DNA from: Candidatus Moraniibacteriota bacterium
GTDB lineage: Bacteria > Patescibacteriota > Minisyncoccia > Moranbacterales > UBA9337
NCBI GenBank assembly: GCA_049287345.1
Contig: JBAQFQ010000010.1
Coordinates: forward strand, 7,795 to 71,794
Direction of reading: 5' to 3'
DNA length: 64,000 bases
Within the stretch, counting starts at the first letter, position 1; every line of letters begins with the position of its first letter. The notes under the pieces were generated by a model that saw only the letters and a program-made list of their open reading frames with translations, had not been told where the DNA came from and did not search any database. The position numbers and the translations under genes were made by a program. Below are positions 1 to 8,765 of this stretch, piece by piece.

Positions 1-64
1 TCTTGGACTGCCACATTAACCTCATCTGCATCATTAAAATACCTCAATACAAAAATAATACAAG

Positions 65-136
65 TGGGACCAGAGGGATTCGAACCCCCGACCAAGCGAT
101 TATGAGTCGCCTGCTCTACCACTGAGCTATGGTCCC
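65..136 (-). tRNA. tRNA-Met/Ile2 (anticodon CAT)
   Basis: Minus-strand cloverleaf: acceptor GGGACCA/TGGTCCC, D-stem GCTC/GAGC, anticodon loop CTCATAA, T-loop TTCGAAT; CCA not encoded. Confidence 0.9.
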
Positions 137-249
137 GGGACACATAGCACATAACACACAACATTTAACAAATGACAGACATTCACACTCTGCATCGATA
201 TTTCATGTTTTATATTCTATGTTTTATGTTTCGTGTTCTATGTGAATTG

Positions 250-321
250 TGCCTAGGGTGAGAATTGAACTCACGACACAAGGATTTTCAGTCCTTTGCT
301 CTACCACTGAGCTACCCAGGC
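250..321 (-). tRNA. tRNA-Phe (anticodon GAA)
   Basis: Acceptor GCCTGGG/CCTAGGC (one G-U), D-stem GCTC/GAGC, anticodon loop CTGAAAA, T-loop TTCAATT. Confidence 0.9.
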
Positions 322-462
322 ATTTGTAAATAAATTCCAAATAACAAGCACCAATTTCCAAATAAATTTAAAAAAAATTAAATTTAAATTTGGTTATTAG
401 TTATTGATTATTGTTTGTTTCTTGTTTTTTGGAATTTGTTTTTTAAATGTACTCATTTTTCT

Positions 463-536
463 GTGGGCATACCAAGATTCGAACTTGGGACCTCGTCATT
501 ATCAGTGACGCGCTCTAACCAACTGAGCTATACGCC
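463..536 (-). tRNA. tRNA-Ile (anticodon GAT)
   Basis: Acceptor GGGCGTA/TATGCCC, D-arm GCTCAGTTGGTTAGAGC, anticodon stem CGTCA/TGACG with loop CTGATAA, T-arm CCAAGTTCGAATCTTGG. Confidence 0.9.
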
Positions 537-740
537 CTCCTACTAATCAAACCACTTTATAAAATACTTTGTTTACTTGCCGTGACCTTGTCATTACTCG
601 CCGCGGCGAGCGTCCTCTAACCAACTGAGCTATACGCCCTCCTACTAATCAAACCACTTTATAAAATACTTTGTTTACTTGCCGTGACCTTGTCATTACT
701 CGTGACTGGCGAGCGTCCTCAACCAACTGAGCTATACGCC
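537..740 (-). repeat. Two tandem 102-bp units, each carrying the 5' half of tRNA-Ile (acceptor plus D-arm) fused to a degenerate remainder; tRNA-Ile-derived pseudo-tRNA repeats
   Basis: AACCAACTGAGCTATACGCCCTC recurs at 513-536 (true gene), about 615-638 and about 717-740 with a 102-bp period. Units are about 95 percent identical, lack a T-arm and contain the palindrome CTCGCCGCGGCGAG. Confidence 0.8.
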
Positions 741-817
741 CTCCTGGAATAACAAATTTAAAATAATTTAGACAATATTGAAAATTATTAAATTCCTAGA
801 TTCTCAGATTCCTAAAT

Positions 818-894
818 CTGGTGGACGATACTGGACTCGAACCAGTGACCCCTTCTTTGTAAGAGAAGTGCTCTAACCAACTGAGCTAATCGTC
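818..894 (-). tRNA. tRNA-Val (anticodon TAC), CCA encoded
   Basis: Acceptor GGACGAT/ATCGTCC perfect, D-arm GCTCAGTTGGTTAGAGC, anticodon loop CTTACAA, T-arm ACTGGTTCGAGTCCAGT, then A and CCA. Confidence 0.92.
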
Positions 895-943
895 CTCATT
901 TATTACTTCAAAAAAACAATAATCCCCAATTCATGCAAGATAA

Positions 944-1171
944 GATTCTTTGAGTAAACCCTTCTGCGTCCCAGTTCCTATACAACTATCTTGCGAACAG
1001 AAACATTTTTCTCAAAACTTATTACCGCATGATGTGCCGCGAGTGGGACTTCCCTGCGGGCCTGGGTTCTTTGAGCAAACCCTTCTGCGTCCCAGTTCCT
1101 ATACAACTATCTTGCGAACAGAAACATTTTTCTCAAAACTTATTACCGCATGATGTGCCGCGAGTGGGACT
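944..1171. repeat. Tandem duplication (2 units of about 107 bp, period 121 bp). Each unit is the 3'-terminal roughly 20 nt of tRNA-Leu plus about 85 nt of its downstream flank
   Basis: Units at about 944-1050 and 1065-1171 are near-identical (single C/T difference). Both end in GTGCCGCGAGTGGGACTT, the tRNA-Leu 3' acceptor/T-stem strand. Only the second continues into the complete tRNA. Confidence 0.85.
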
Positions 1172-1238
1172 TGAACCCACACACCCTTACGAGCACCAGC
1201 ACCTCAAGCTGGCCTGTATACCAATTTCAGCACCGCGG
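1155..1238 (-). tRNA. tRNA-Leu (anticodon GAG), class II with long variable arm
   Basis: Acceptor GCCGCGG/TCGCGGC, 3-bp D-stem, anticodon stem CCAGC/GCTGG with loop TTGAGGT, variable arm about 15 nt, T-arm GTGGGTTCAAGTCCCAC. Confidence 0.85.
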
Positions 1239-1337
1239 CCCGCCCAGCTACCTTATTTGTTTTTTATAATAACCAATCTATTTTTTAAAATCACCTAAAC
1301 ATTATAACGCAAAAAATAAAAAAACGAAACACCCAAA

Positions 1338-1841
1338 TTATTTTTCTGCATCCTTTGGAGCTTTTTCTACTACTTCAGCCTCTACTGCTTGAACCTCTAC
1401 TACCTCAGCAACCGGCATTTCTTCTGCTACTTTTTCCGCTTCAACGGCTACTTCCTCAGCTTTCACATCTTCGACTGAAGCAAATTTAGCTATATCCTTA
1501 TATTTTAATCTCAAAGATTTAGCAGATTTATCTCTAATATAATATAATTTTGATCTTCTAACTTTAGCACGTTTAACAACCTCGATCTTATCAATTGAAG
1601 GAGAGTAAATAGGTAAAACCAATTCCACACCTACACCGCTAGAAACTTTTCTTACTGTTATCATTGGAGAGCTACTTTGACCTCCTTTTTTAGCAATTAT
1701 CATACCCTCAAAAACCTGCACTCTTTCTTTACCACCTTCCTTAATTCTGCGATAAACTTTAACGATATCGCCAGTTTGAAAATTAGGCATCTCCTTAGTT
1801 GTGCGTTGATTTAAATTGAATTCTACTAATTTATTGTTCAT
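1338..1841 (-). CDS. rplS: 50S ribosomal protein L19, with an Ala/Glu/Val-rich C-terminal tail
   Basis: Conserved L19 core (FQTGDIVKV, KEGGKERVQVFEG, ITVRK). ATG at 1841; the track start at 1862 is TTG. Low-complexity acidic C-terminal extension. Confidence 0.9.
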   Translation of the reverse strand: MNNKLVEFNLNQRTTKEMPNFQTGDIVKVYRRIKEGGKERVQVFEGMIIAKKGGQSSSPMITVRKVSSGVGVELVLPIYSPSIDKIEVVKRAKVRRSKLYYIRDKSAKSLRLKYKDIAKFASVEDVKAEEVAVEAEKVAEEMPVAEVVEVQAVEAEVVEKAPKDAEK

Positions 1842-2292
1842 TTTTTTATAATAACAAACCAAAAACCGAAGATTTACTCCTCGACCCTTAATTTCATAAA
1901 TTATCTGTTAAATAAGTCTAGAGAATATTTAAAATCTCATGTCTGAATAAAATGTTCAGATTACGAGCGAAAAACGTGAGAGTTGAGGAGGGGCTATCAA
2001 CATAACCCAACGATACTTGAACGTTTTGCAGCCGTAATCTGGATATTTTGGCAGACAAGCGAATATTTGTTTTATTTTTGAGCGATGAGATGTTAAATAA
2101 GCTCTTACATGAGAATACACTTTTATTTTATTTTAGTCAAGCCAAGCGAGCTTAAATGCTCAATATTCAATGCTCAATATTCATTTAATACTAGAGCCTA
2201 CAAATTTCCAATGAAATTTATTATATTAAAAAATCCCTATCTGCCAACAGGCAGGTGTTGAATATTAGCTGTTGTTCATTGAATATTGGGAC

Positions 2293-3039
2293 TTATTTCT
2301 TCCCAATTACCACGATATTTCCCTTTATTCTTCGACATGCTCTTACCCCAAATCCACCTTGCGATAAGAGTTTTTTGATTCCACCCCTAGTAAAAGCATG
2401 ATGAAATCGATTAAATTTTTGCCCCTGGTTATCTGTAAAGCTGATAAAACAGTCATTGAATTCCAACGCACTTCTTCCCAATAACTTATCCTTCCAGTTT
2501 TTAAAAATATTTTTCCGATACTTAGGTTGCCATAAATCCCAAACAGTTACTACTAAATAGCCACCCGGCTTCAATAATCGATACAATTCCGAGATAATTT
2601 CTTTGTGCTGCTTAGTTCCAGGTAAATGATGGAAAACAGCAATGCTATAAATAGTATCAAAGAATTCCGAAGGAAAAGGCAATTTTTTGAAATCATTCTC
2701 AATTTTTAAAAATTGAATCCTTCTGGACTCTCTAATTCCTGCTAAGTTTTTTTTACCCAAATTAATTAGATTTTGAGAAACGTCCACCCCCACATAATTA
2801 ATCTTTTTATCAATTAAGATTTCCAACAATCGCCCATTTCCACAGCCAAAATCCAAAACTCTTCCCTCTGGGGGTGCGAATTTCTTAATAAATTCCAACT
2901 CTCCCCAAAATCTATTTCGGGTCTGCGAGAACTTTTCGGCAATCAAATCATAACCATTCTCCGTATCTTGTAATATTTTTTTTACCAATGCTTCTTCCAT
3001 AATTTTATGTTCTAAATGTTCTAGCTGTTCTAATGTCAA
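2293..3039 (-). CDS. Class I SAM-dependent methyltransferase
   Basis: Motif I VLDFGCGNG and a Rossmann MTase fold pattern. The track start is TTG; an in-frame ATG at 3000 (MEEALVKK) is an alternative start. Confidence 0.75.
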   Translation of the reverse strand: MTLEQLEHLEHKIMEEALVKKILQDTENGYDLIAEKFSQTRNRFWGELEFIKKFAPPEGRVLDFGCGNGRLLEILIDKKINYVGVDVSQNLINLGKKNLAGIRESRRIQFLKIENDFKKLPFPSEFFDTIYSIAVFHHLPGTKQHKEIISELYRLLKPGGYLVVTVWDLWQPKYRKNIFKNWKDKLLGRSALEFNDCFISFTDNQGQKFNRFHHAFTRGGIKKLLSQGGFGVRACRRIKGNIVVIGKK

Positions 3040-3196
3040 AAATGTGATAAATGCTTTTCTTTAACTTAAATTAAATAAAAATAATAATTGTTGCAATATA
3101 TACAACAATTCCAACATTTAGAACACTCCTACGCTCTGGACTCTTGTCCATTATCATACTACTATTAGATGAGATAATCAATAAGTTAAACCGTTT

Positions 3197-4870
3197 ATGG
3201 AATATAATCAAAATCATTTAGAATTAATTATTCAAGCTGCCAAATTACCTTTTAAAAATCCAGAAAAATTCCTAGATTTTAAAAAGAAATTTTGCGGTGA
3301 GCACAAAATTCCCCAACCAACTAACGCTGATTTGCGAGAAATTTATAATATATTGGTCTTGAATAAAAAAATTAAAAATAGCCCCATCCTAGAAAAAGCG
3401 ATGCTTTCTAGAGCGATTCGTACTCAGTCAGGTGTAGCAGTGGTAGCTGTCCTCACTAAGCCATCTACTTGTCCAGGAAAGTGCATCTTTTGTCCAACTG
3501 AAAAAGACATGCCCAAAAGCTATCTTTCCAATGAGCCGGCTGTTATGCGAGCCATCATGAATAAATTTGATGCTTACAATCAGGTACAAAGTCGCTTAAA
3601 TGCCCTGGAGCTAAATGGACATTCTACTGAAAAAATTGAGCTCATTGTAATGGGCGGAACCTTTTCCTATTTCCCCAAAGCTTATCAAAAAAAATTCATC
3701 ACTGACTGTTTTCGCGGTGCCAATGATTATCCTAGACATGAAAAAAAGAGCTCTCGGGATGTCATCTCGAGCGTAGCGAATGCGGAGTCGAGAGATCTAA
3801 GGTTATCAACAGAACAAAAGAAAAATGAAACTGCCAAACATCGAATTGTCGGTTTAACTTTGGAAACTCGACCTGACTATATAGATGAAAAAGAAATTAT
3901 AAATTTTAGAAATCTGGGATGTACGCGGGTAGAATTAGGAGTGCAATCCATTTATGACGATGTTTTAATTAAAAATAATCGTGGACATCTCGTAGATAAA
4001 ACCATTATTGCCACTAAATTGCTTAAAGATGCTGGTTTTAAAATTAACTACCATATGATGCCGGGACTCCTTGGCTCAACACTTACCAAGGATTTTAAAA
4101 TGTTTCAAGAACTTTTTACTAACTCAAACTTTCAACCGGATATGCTAAAAATATATCCTACGGTCGTCACTAAAAACTCACAACTCTATACTATCTGGAA
4201 AAATGGCCAGTACAAAGCCCTTACCGATAAAGAATTCGCTAAATTAATCATTAAAATAAAAAATGAAACCATTGTCCCCTACACTCGCATTCAAAGACTC
4301 ATTCGAGATGTACCGATGCCCTCCATTGAGGCTGGACCGACGGTTTCTAATTTAAGGCAGATAATTGAAAAAGAAACTACTTGCCCATGTATTCGCTGTA
4401 GAGAAATTAAAGGTGAATATAAACTTGATGACGAGATAATCCTCGATAGAATTAACTATGACGCTTCAGATGGCAAAGAAATTTTCCTTCAATTCATCTC
4501 CCCTGATAAGAAAAAATTATACTCCCTTTTGCGACTACGCATCCCATCCTCAGTTTGTCATCTCGAGCGCAGCGAATGCGGAGTCGAGAGATCTAAAATA
4601 AAAAAAATAGAAATGATCCCTGCCCTTAAAAACTCCGCCATTATCCGAGAAGTGCACACTTACGGAAAGCTCACCAACATCAATCAAATAGACAAAAGCT
4701 CCGCTCAGCATATCGGCCTTGGCAAAAAACTTATCCTCGAAGCTGAAAAAATTGCTCGCGATGAATTTGGGCTTAAAAAAATTGCCGTTATTTCTGGTGT
4801 AGGAGTGAGAAATTATTATCGAAAAAATGGATATAGACTGAGGGATAGCTATATGGTGAAAAATTTATAA
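3197..4870 (+). CDS. elp3: Elp3-family radical SAM/GNAT protein (tRNA wobble-uridine modification, Elp3-like)
   Basis: Radical SAM cysteine motif CPGKCIFC, GLTLETRPDY, GCTRVELGVQS, and a C-terminal GNAT fold (ISGVGVRNYYRKNGY). Carries two in-frame copies of a 39-nt repeat. Confidence 0.8.
   Translation: MEYNQNHLELIIQAAKLPFKNPEKFLDFKKKFCGEHKIPQPTNADLREIYNILVLNKKIKNSPILEKAMLSRAIRTQSGVAVVAVLTKPSTCPGKCIFCPTEKDMPKSYLSNEPAVMRAIMNKFDAYNQVQSRLNALELNGHSTEKIELIVMGGTFSYFPKAYQKKFITDCFRGANDYPRHEKKSSRDVISSVANAESRDLRLSTEQKKNETAKHRIVGLTLETRPDYIDEKEIINFRNLGCTRVELGVQSIYDDVLIKNNRGHLVDKTIIATKLLKDAGFKINYHMMPGLLGSTLTKDFKMFQELFTNSNFQPDMLKIYPTVVTKNSQLYTIWKNGQYKALTDKEFAKLIIKIKNETIVPYTRIQRLIRDVPMPSIEAGPTVSNLRQIIEKETTCPCIRCREIKGEYKLDDEIILDRINYDASDGKEIFLQFISPDKKKLYSLLRLRIPSSVCHLERSECGVERSKIKKIEMIPALKNSAIIREVHTYGKLTNINQIDKSSAQHIGLGKKLILEAEKIARDEFGLKKIAVISGVGVRNYYRKNGYRLRDSYMVKNL
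3761..3799. repeat. 39-nt GTCAT element, copy A, inside the elp3 CDS
   Basis: gtcatctcgagcgtagcgaatgcggagtcgagagatcta; near-identical copy at 4557-4595. Confidence 0.85.
4557..4595. repeat. 39-nt GTCAT element, copy B, inside the elp3 CDS and read in a different frame from copy A
   Basis: gtcatctcgagcgcagcgaatgcggagtcgagagatcta; one mismatch to copy A. Confidence 0.85.
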
Positions 4871-4897
4871 TCGTAGAAACAGGGCACTGCCCTGCTC
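4871..4897. repeat. Conserved hairpin element tcgtagaaaCAGGGCactGCCCTGctc (GGCACTGCC apex) immediately after the elp3 stop
   Basis: 7-bp stem with 3-nt loop. Near-identical copy at 16873-16900 after the prfA stop. No U-tract. Confidence 0.7.
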
Positions 4898-4974
4898 TCC
4901 AGCTAACAAAAAATGTCAAAATTCCAATTTCAAATACCAAATAAATTTTAAATTTCTAAATGACTAAATAAAAG

Positions 4975-5095
4975 ACTGTCATTGCGAGGAGGTACTCCGA
5001 CGTGGCAATCTCCTTTATTGCACTCAAAGCTCGCGATTTGTCATTTCGACTAAATAAATTTCTGTACTCGGAAATTTACGCATGGAGAAATCTCA
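4975..5095. repeat. Compound intergenic GTCAT-type repeat region (TGTCATTGCGAGG... and TGTCATTTCGACT...)
   Basis: 5037-5095 shares both ends (tgtcatttcgact..ataaatttc.gtactcg.aaat ... gaaatctcaaa) with 55198-55290. Confidence 0.7.
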
Positions 5096-5189
5096 AATAC
5101 TTATAATAAAAAATAACAAATCTACAAAAACCATTATGCCGCATCTCCGCGATAGCAGAAATGCAAAACAATGATAAAGATAAAATTTA

Positions 5190-5231
5190 AAACCACCGAA
5201 AAGCGCTGCTCCGCTCTCGGTGGGTTTTTTA
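5190..5231. terminator. Bidirectional rho-independent terminator
   Basis: Stem ACCACCGA...TCGGTGG with an A-run upstream and a T-run downstream. Sits after the stop of the minus-strand 5242..6276 gene. Confidence 0.7.
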
Positions 5232-5241
5232 GAAACTATTT

Positions 5242-6276
5242 CTATTTTTGTTGAGATACATGGGGACGCATTAACATGCACTGCAATTGAGTATTTATCA
5301 TTGCAGCCACAATTTTCATACGACACTGTTCATTGTGATTCTTGAAGTTGCCATCGATAGAATCAATGGAGGACCATGAAGGTAGCGAATTTCTTACCGA
5401 CAAAACGAGCGCCAAATCCTGAGCATCTTTAAATTTATATTCAAGACCTTGGAAGTTTTGCACATTTCCCGCTCTCCAAATTCTAACATCATTGGAGTAA
5501 TAATCGGCGCTTCTAATGTTGGTCTTATCCAAGTTTTCTCCGTGTGTTATGCGAGCATAAACAGGTATTCCGCAATAATCACCAACACGGAATTCTTTCC
5601 GACCGCTTTCTTTGTAGGCACCAATAATTCCATCAGTCACTTCACCTTTTCCATTAATAGTAATATCTGGCAATGATATTTTTAGCTGATCAATCATGTG
5701 AGAAAAATCAATTATTTGATCATTGCTGTTACTTTCACATCTGCCCGAAAGAGGTATCCAAGATGATATAGATTCCATGAAAAGTTGAGGGAGAAGCATG
5801 CTATCCAGATTAGCTCTCATGGATTCTATGGCAAACATCCCGCTTTTATGTTCACCCTCTAGTTTTATCCCGAGACTATCTCCAATTTTCATAATATTGA
5901 AGACTGATTTATTGGCGGACACTTCAAATGTTGCTCTATCTTTTTTTAAAACAATTATGGAAAAGATATCACTCTTTGAAATATCGCCCGATATCGAGCT
6001 CAACTTCCACAAAAAATCATCCTCATCTTTTACCCCACCCTTCTCTTTCCGCATATATTTAAACCATTCTACTAAATACTTCGCGGTAAATATCGTTAGA
6101 GTAATTTCAAAATCACTCCTTCTTTCTCCCTCACTTTTCCGACTATCGCCTAAGAAAAAATTAGGAATATAGAAAGGGTACCTTCTCTCTGCCGTAGCTT
6201 TAAAACCAACCCTGGCGAACGTTGAATCTAGAGAGAAAAAATTTGGCTCTTTTGATAATAATTCAGATTTGTTCAT
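5242..6276 (-). CDS. Hypothetical protein (344 aa), no recognisable family
   Basis: Long ORF; ATG at 6276 preceded by GGAGG. The track start at 6366 is upstream and is not the ATG. Somewhat higher GC than its neighbours. Confidence 0.6.
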   Translation of the reverse strand: MNKSELLSKEPNFFSLDSTFARVGFKATAERRYPFYIPNFFLGDSRKSEGERRSDFEITLTIFTAKYLVEWFKYMRKEKGGVKDEDDFLWKLSSISGDISKSDIFSIIVLKKDRATFEVSANKSVFNIMKIGDSLGIKLEGEHKSGMFAIESMRANLDSMLLPQLFMESISSWIPLSGRCESNSNDQIIDFSHMIDQLKISLPDITINGKGEVTDGIIGAYKESGRKEFRVGDYCGIPVYARITHGENLDKTNIRSADYYSNDVRIWRAGNVQNFQGLEYKFKDAQDLALVLSVRNSLPSWSSIDSIDGNFKNHNEQCRMKIVAAMINTQLQCMLMRPHVSQQK

Positions 6277-6559
6277 GGTAACCTCCAAATAAAAAGAACT
6301 TGTTTTTGATAGCTCGTAAGCTATTCCGCCAGACGTATCCGGCAGGACAAAGCAGGGATATCCCACCTTACCTCTTGATGTACATTAATATATGCACCAT
6401 AAGCTAGGCATGATATTTGATTATTAAATTTATACCCGAAGACACTAAAAGTCAAATAAAATCTAGCTAAATTAGATTAGTTTATGTTAAAATATAATTA
6501 ATAAGGTAATCTATCATCAGCAATCAAACATTAACTAAATAAAAATTAATCTCAACTCT

Positions 6560-6958
6560 ATGCAAAAAATAATCATTGCCTCCGGGCCGGTTATCATCGA
6601 GGATAACAAAATATTATTAGATATATCAGGAGATGACAATTTCTGGAAATTTTGCGGAGGAAAAATGAAAGATCTAGAAAACCTTCGAGAAACCGCAACT
6701 AGGAGAGCTCAGGAGGAACTAGGAATCAAAATTGAAATTTTAGATGAAAATCCTTTCCTACTCTACACTATCAAAGAAGCTCCCGAGGGCAATATTGATG
6801 TCGTCTTAGTTCATTATTTAGCTAAAAGAATTGGGAAGATAGTTCCTGGTGAAGATATTCAAGAGTGGAAATGGATTGCCATCGAAAATCTAAAAAACGA
6901 AAATCTCGCCCCTAATATAATGCCGACATTGACTCATTTTAATTTTATAAAAAAATAA
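6560..6958 (+). CDS. NUDIX hydrolase
   Basis: Nudix box GGKMKDLENLRETATRRAQEELGI. Confidence 0.8.
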   Translation: MQKIIIASGPVIIEDNKILLDISGDDNFWKFCGGKMKDLENLRETATRRAQEELGIKIEILDENPFLLYTIKEAPEGNIDVVLVHYLAKRIGKIVPGEDIQEWKWIAIENLKNENLAPNIMPTLTHFNFIKK

Positions 6959-6992
6959 TCTTCCAAAAAAATCAACTTCAGAAGACATAAAT

Positions 6993-7028
6993 AAAACACT
7001 TCAATATATCGATATATTGAAGTGTTTT
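6993..7028. terminator. Perfect 36-nt palindrome (16-bp AT-rich stem) downstream of the NUDIX gene; terminator or operator
   Basis: aaaacacttcaatatatcgatatattgaagtgtttt is its own reverse complement. Confidence 0.5.
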
Positions 7029-7334
7029 AAATTTAATTATTAAATATTGAATGAGAATTGAGTATTGGATATTGGAAATTAAAGTATAAATTAAGGATAA
7101 CATCTCCAGAGAAACCCACTCTTTCTATCACTTAACGGATACTGTCGAAAAATAACGCTTATTATTTTTCTTGCCATAAACCCCCTATTCTGCTAAACTA
7201 ATGGTAACTTGTTCGTGCATCTTTTCGTTTAACTAATAAATAAGTTTAGTACGCGGTCGAAACAAGATAGTAAAATACAATCAATTGATTATTCGTAAAT
7301 AATATTTATAAATAATCAAAGAAAATTTAGTATT

Positions 7335-7628
7335 ATGGCAAAGAAATTATATGTAGGAAATCTTCCTTATTCTCTAAAAGATGGGGACCTAAATCAACTT
7401 TTTACTCAAGCTGGAGCTGTTGAGTCTGCTACTATCATCAATGATAAAGCAACTGGAAGAAGCAAAGGTTTTGGTTTTGTTGAAATGTCTGCTGATGATG
7501 AGGCTCAAAAAGCTATCGAAATGTTTGATGGTCAAGAGTTAGAAGGTAGAAAACTTACAGTCAACGAAGCTCGTCCAATGCAACCACGAGAAGACCGCGG
7601 TGGTTTCAGAGGGGGAAATAGATTCTAA
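7335..7628 (+). CDS. RRM-type RNA-binding protein
   Basis: RNP-2 LYVGNL, RNP-1 KGFGFVEM, Gly/Arg tail; long 5' UTR. Confidence 0.85.
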   Translation: MAKKLYVGNLPYSLKDGDLNQLFTQAGAVESATIINDKATGRSKGFGFVEMSADDEAQKAIEMFDGQELEGRKLTVNEARPMQPREDRGGFRGGNRF

Positions 7629-7636
7629 TTTATCAT

Positions 7637-7680
7637 GTCACTCAACCTGTCGTTCGCGAACGACAGGTCTCATGAGTGAC
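7637..7680 (+). terminator. Long hairpin terminator after the RRM gene
   Basis: GTCACTCAACCTGTCGTTCG / CGAACGACAGGTCTCATGAGTGAC followed by a T-rich tract. Confidence 0.7.
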
Positions 7681-7704
7681 TTGATTTATTTTAGAAACTT
7701 TTTA

Positions 7705-7738
7705 AAAAGCATCTCGCAAGAGATGCTTTTTTATTTGA
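7705..7738 (+). terminator. Second rho-independent terminator
   Basis: GCATCTC-gcaa-GAGATGC followed by TTTTTT. Confidence 0.75.
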
Positions 7739-7833
7739 CTAATTTTCAATTTTCATACTATCATAGCGATAGTTCTTGATAACCACACAGGTTGTGTATC
7801 TATCCATTATATTTAAAAAAGGAGAAATTTTCC

Positions 7834-8145
7834 ATGTCCAGAGGCTATAATATTGATCTCTCTAATACCCAGGGAATAATTATCGCCATGGGTGAGATTG
7901 AAGAATTTGTAAGAATTCTAAAGACCAACTTAATTCTAACCATGGTAGATGAGTTGATAGCTAGAGAACGCTTTGGTTTTAGTTTTAAAATAGTGAATAT
8001 TCAAGCACGGACAGCTATCGCTAACTTCAATTTAGAAAATTTTTTAACCCTTCTCAATAAAAGAATTTCTCTAGAGATGGCAATTGAAAGATCTAAAAAA
8101 AATCTCGATCTCCTTTCTTATCAGTTAATTTATTTAAGGAAGTAA
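7834..8145 (+). CDS. Hypothetical protein (103 aa)
   Basis: ATG at 7834 preceded by AGGAG; the upstream M of the track ORF lacks an SD. Confidence 0.5.
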   Translation: MSRGYNIDLSNTQGIIIAMGEIEEFVRILKTNLILTMVDELIARERFGFSFKIVNIQARTAIANFNLENFLTLLNKRISLEMAIERSKKNLDLLSYQLIYLRK

Positions 8146-8158
8146 GTTTGTTTCTCAT

Positions 8159-8192
8159 TCTCGGAGCTGCCAATGCAGACTCCGAGATTTTT
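8159..8192. terminator. Bidirectional terminator between convergent genes
   Basis: TCTCGGAG...CTCCGAGA 8-bp stem followed by TTTTT. Confidence 0.7.
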
Positions 8193-8592
8193 AATAAAAT
8201 ATATTTTCCAGATGTTTAATCTCCAAGATATCCGTCCCGCTAGTATCAAACAAGATACATATCGCATCAAATCGATAATTCTTATCCCAAAAATCATGCT
8301 CCTTAATGTAAATTTGAGCAATTTTTTGTAATTTATGTAGCTTATCCCTGGTAATATTCTCCTCCGGCAAAACAGTCTCCCCTATTTTGGCGACTCTGGA
8401 TTTAACCTCTACGAAAACAATTTCATCTTTAAATCTAGTCACAATGTCAATTTCTCCCAATCTTTTGCCCTTAGTGTTTTGATAGTTAAATTGAAGAATT
8501 TTGAATCCTTTTTTCTTTAGATATTTTCCTGCTATCTTTTCGCCAAGATTGCCTATGCTTTTAGTCTTGTTTTTATTTCTATTCCAGAACAT
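8191..8592 (-). CDS. yraN: YraN-family (UPF0102) endonuclease-like protein
   Basis: GEIDIV...VFVEVKSR pattern typical of the YraN family. Confidence 0.7.
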   Translation of the reverse strand: MFWNRNKNKTKSIGNLGEKIAGKYLKKKGFKILQFNYQNTKGKRLGEIDIVTRFKDEIVFVEVKSRVAKIGETVLPEENITRDKLHKLQKIAQIYIKEHDFWDKNYRFDAICILFDTSGTDILEIKHLENIFY

Positions 8593-8765
8593 AAAAAATA
8601 GATTTAAGATGAAAGATGTAAGATTTATGAATGAATTTTATAAATACCCAAAAAGATTTTTATCAAACACGCATTTATTGAGGCAACAAACCTTTAATTT
8701 AAATTAATTTGCTTAAAAGATTGATACTCTTATATCTTAAATCGTAAATCTTAAATCAAACAAAT

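Noticed and set aside
537-740. Possibility that the 102-bp units are functional intron-containing or permuted tRNAs
   Set aside because: No T-arm (GTTCGAAT-type) or acceptor 3' strand is present in either unit. Only the 5' half of tRNA-Ile is preserved.
950-1298. Track ORFs 950..1153 and 1029..1298 (67 and 89 aa) on the plus strand
   Set aside because: They lie entirely within the tandem duplicated tRNA-Leu flank and the tRNA-Leu gene itself. Their near-identical peptide repeats simply mirror the DNA duplication; there is no start context.
1863-2292. The 430-bp non-coding region upstream of rplS as a housekeeping ncRNA (SRP RNA, RNase P, tmRNA)
   Set aside because: I could not recognise any of the conserved motifs of these RNAs by eye. 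It contains only small hairpins (for example CTGCC-aaca-GGCAG near 2240, a likely terminator for the methyltransferase gene). Left uncalled.
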